Translations under genes and position numbers: made by a program | DNA from: Azolla caroliniana | Taxonomy: Eukaryota > Plantae > Polypodiophyta | DNA length: 64,000 bases | Assembly (NCBI GenBank): GCA_043228905.1 | Contig: JBHGNT010000004.1 | Span: forward strand, 25,482,001-25,546,000 | Direction of reading: 5' to 3' | Notes under the pieces: generated by a model | The model's database searches: none | The model's input: only the letters and a program-made list of their open reading frames with translations | Told to the model about the DNA's origin: nothing | In this document: positions 63,001-64,000 of the stretch, in pieces | How the letters are laid out: each line of letters opens with the position of its first letter | How positions within the stretch are numbered: position 1 is the stretch's first letter

Positions 63001-64000
63001 GAATAGTTTGATCATCTATGGCTGGATCTGGAAGGAACTATACAAGTGGCCACAAATAAAATAGTATGAATGGGCATACTTCTTTCAACATCTTGTTAGA
63101 TAGGTTTGTCTTCTTACTAGCCTAACCACAATATTAGTTTAACTTTCAACATAAATGCATGGACACTCTACATTACCCAATTCAAGGCTAGTTTTAATAT
63201 GTCAGTGATCTTCAATTCTTGCTGGCGTTTGTTTATAAATCACTATAAATATGGAAGTGGGACATCACTAAGTTCATGCATGGTACACCTAAGATTGAGT
63301 TTTTCCAAGGCCAATAATGTCGTATGATCAATAATAAGTGCATATATATAAATATCTTTAAGTAACATGGTTCAATTTCTTTGAGATTGTAATATAAGGA
63401 ACATCGTTCTTTCTTCTTTTGGAAACTTTCTTCATCCTAATCAAAGACAGTATCATTAATTAATGAGAAATAAACATAAGATTTATTGTGACAATAGACA
63501 AGTTTCTTTTTGGTGGTGAGCTAGGCTACTATTTGACATGAACAAACAATGAAAAAGGTGTTGAGATTAATTTTAATAATCAATCAAAAAAGGGTTTATA
63601 AACAAATTAACCCATGGTGTAGTTATAGATTTGAAACCAGGGCATTGCATGACTTATCTAGGACTAGATGTGTATGTGACTCATCCTACTTGAGACAAGG
63701 TTGGTCTATATATGTTCTCTATCCTAAGGGTTCCCTTTCCATGCATTAGACAACCAAATTGTTGTTCCATTTTCATGTTGAATTTACTTAAACCATATTC
63801 AAGGTGGTACAAGATGAGATTAGGGCAATGATAGGGGTGTGAAATAAGAATAAGACGAGATATTTTACAATGATGACTATCGACACACACCATGCTATAC
63901 ACCATGACGTTTCCAAATATTTGTCCAACTAGAAACATATTCATCTCATATTATTACACTAATAAGCCTCAACTCTGATGGGACTAAGCCTTTTCGCGTC

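Noticed and set aside
58400-64000. Short ORFs in the AT-rich tail (e.g. 61383-61724, 63681-63944)
   Set aside because: No recognisable motifs or consistent splice structure; probably old transposon debris.

Overview
Eukaryotic nuclear DNA, most likely from a seed-free land plant (fern- or lycophyte-like). That assignment is inferred from spliceosomal introns, plant-type LAG1 and RPP2 genes, PBS matches to plant tRNAs, a PLS-type PPR fragment and CHG-context decay of transposons. Positions 1-8694 are the right part of a large Sola2-like DNA transposon. It carries a decayed DDD transposase and a convergent RING + FCP1/NIF-like cargo gene, with introns filled by palindromic TAGCTAATTAGCTA arrays, and it is inserted into the 5' LTR of a decayed Ty3/gypsy element (8695-19515). 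A very young 3.77-kb non-autonomous LTR element with one intact coiled-coil ORF sits in that gypsy's gag. Next come two tandem, intronless, fungal-like FTR1 iron permease genes with hAT MITEs and a LINE fragment, a 6-exon LAG1/LOH ceramide synthase, tRNA-Val(CAC), ribosomal protein P2, a LINE 3' part, a second internally deleted gypsy (minus strand), tandem repeats, a ~3-kb duplication and histone H4. The H4 gene is followed by a metazoan/algal-type histone 3' stem-loop. The last ~5.5 kb is AT-rich with nothing confidently identifiable. All alignments were done by eye; no database searches were run.
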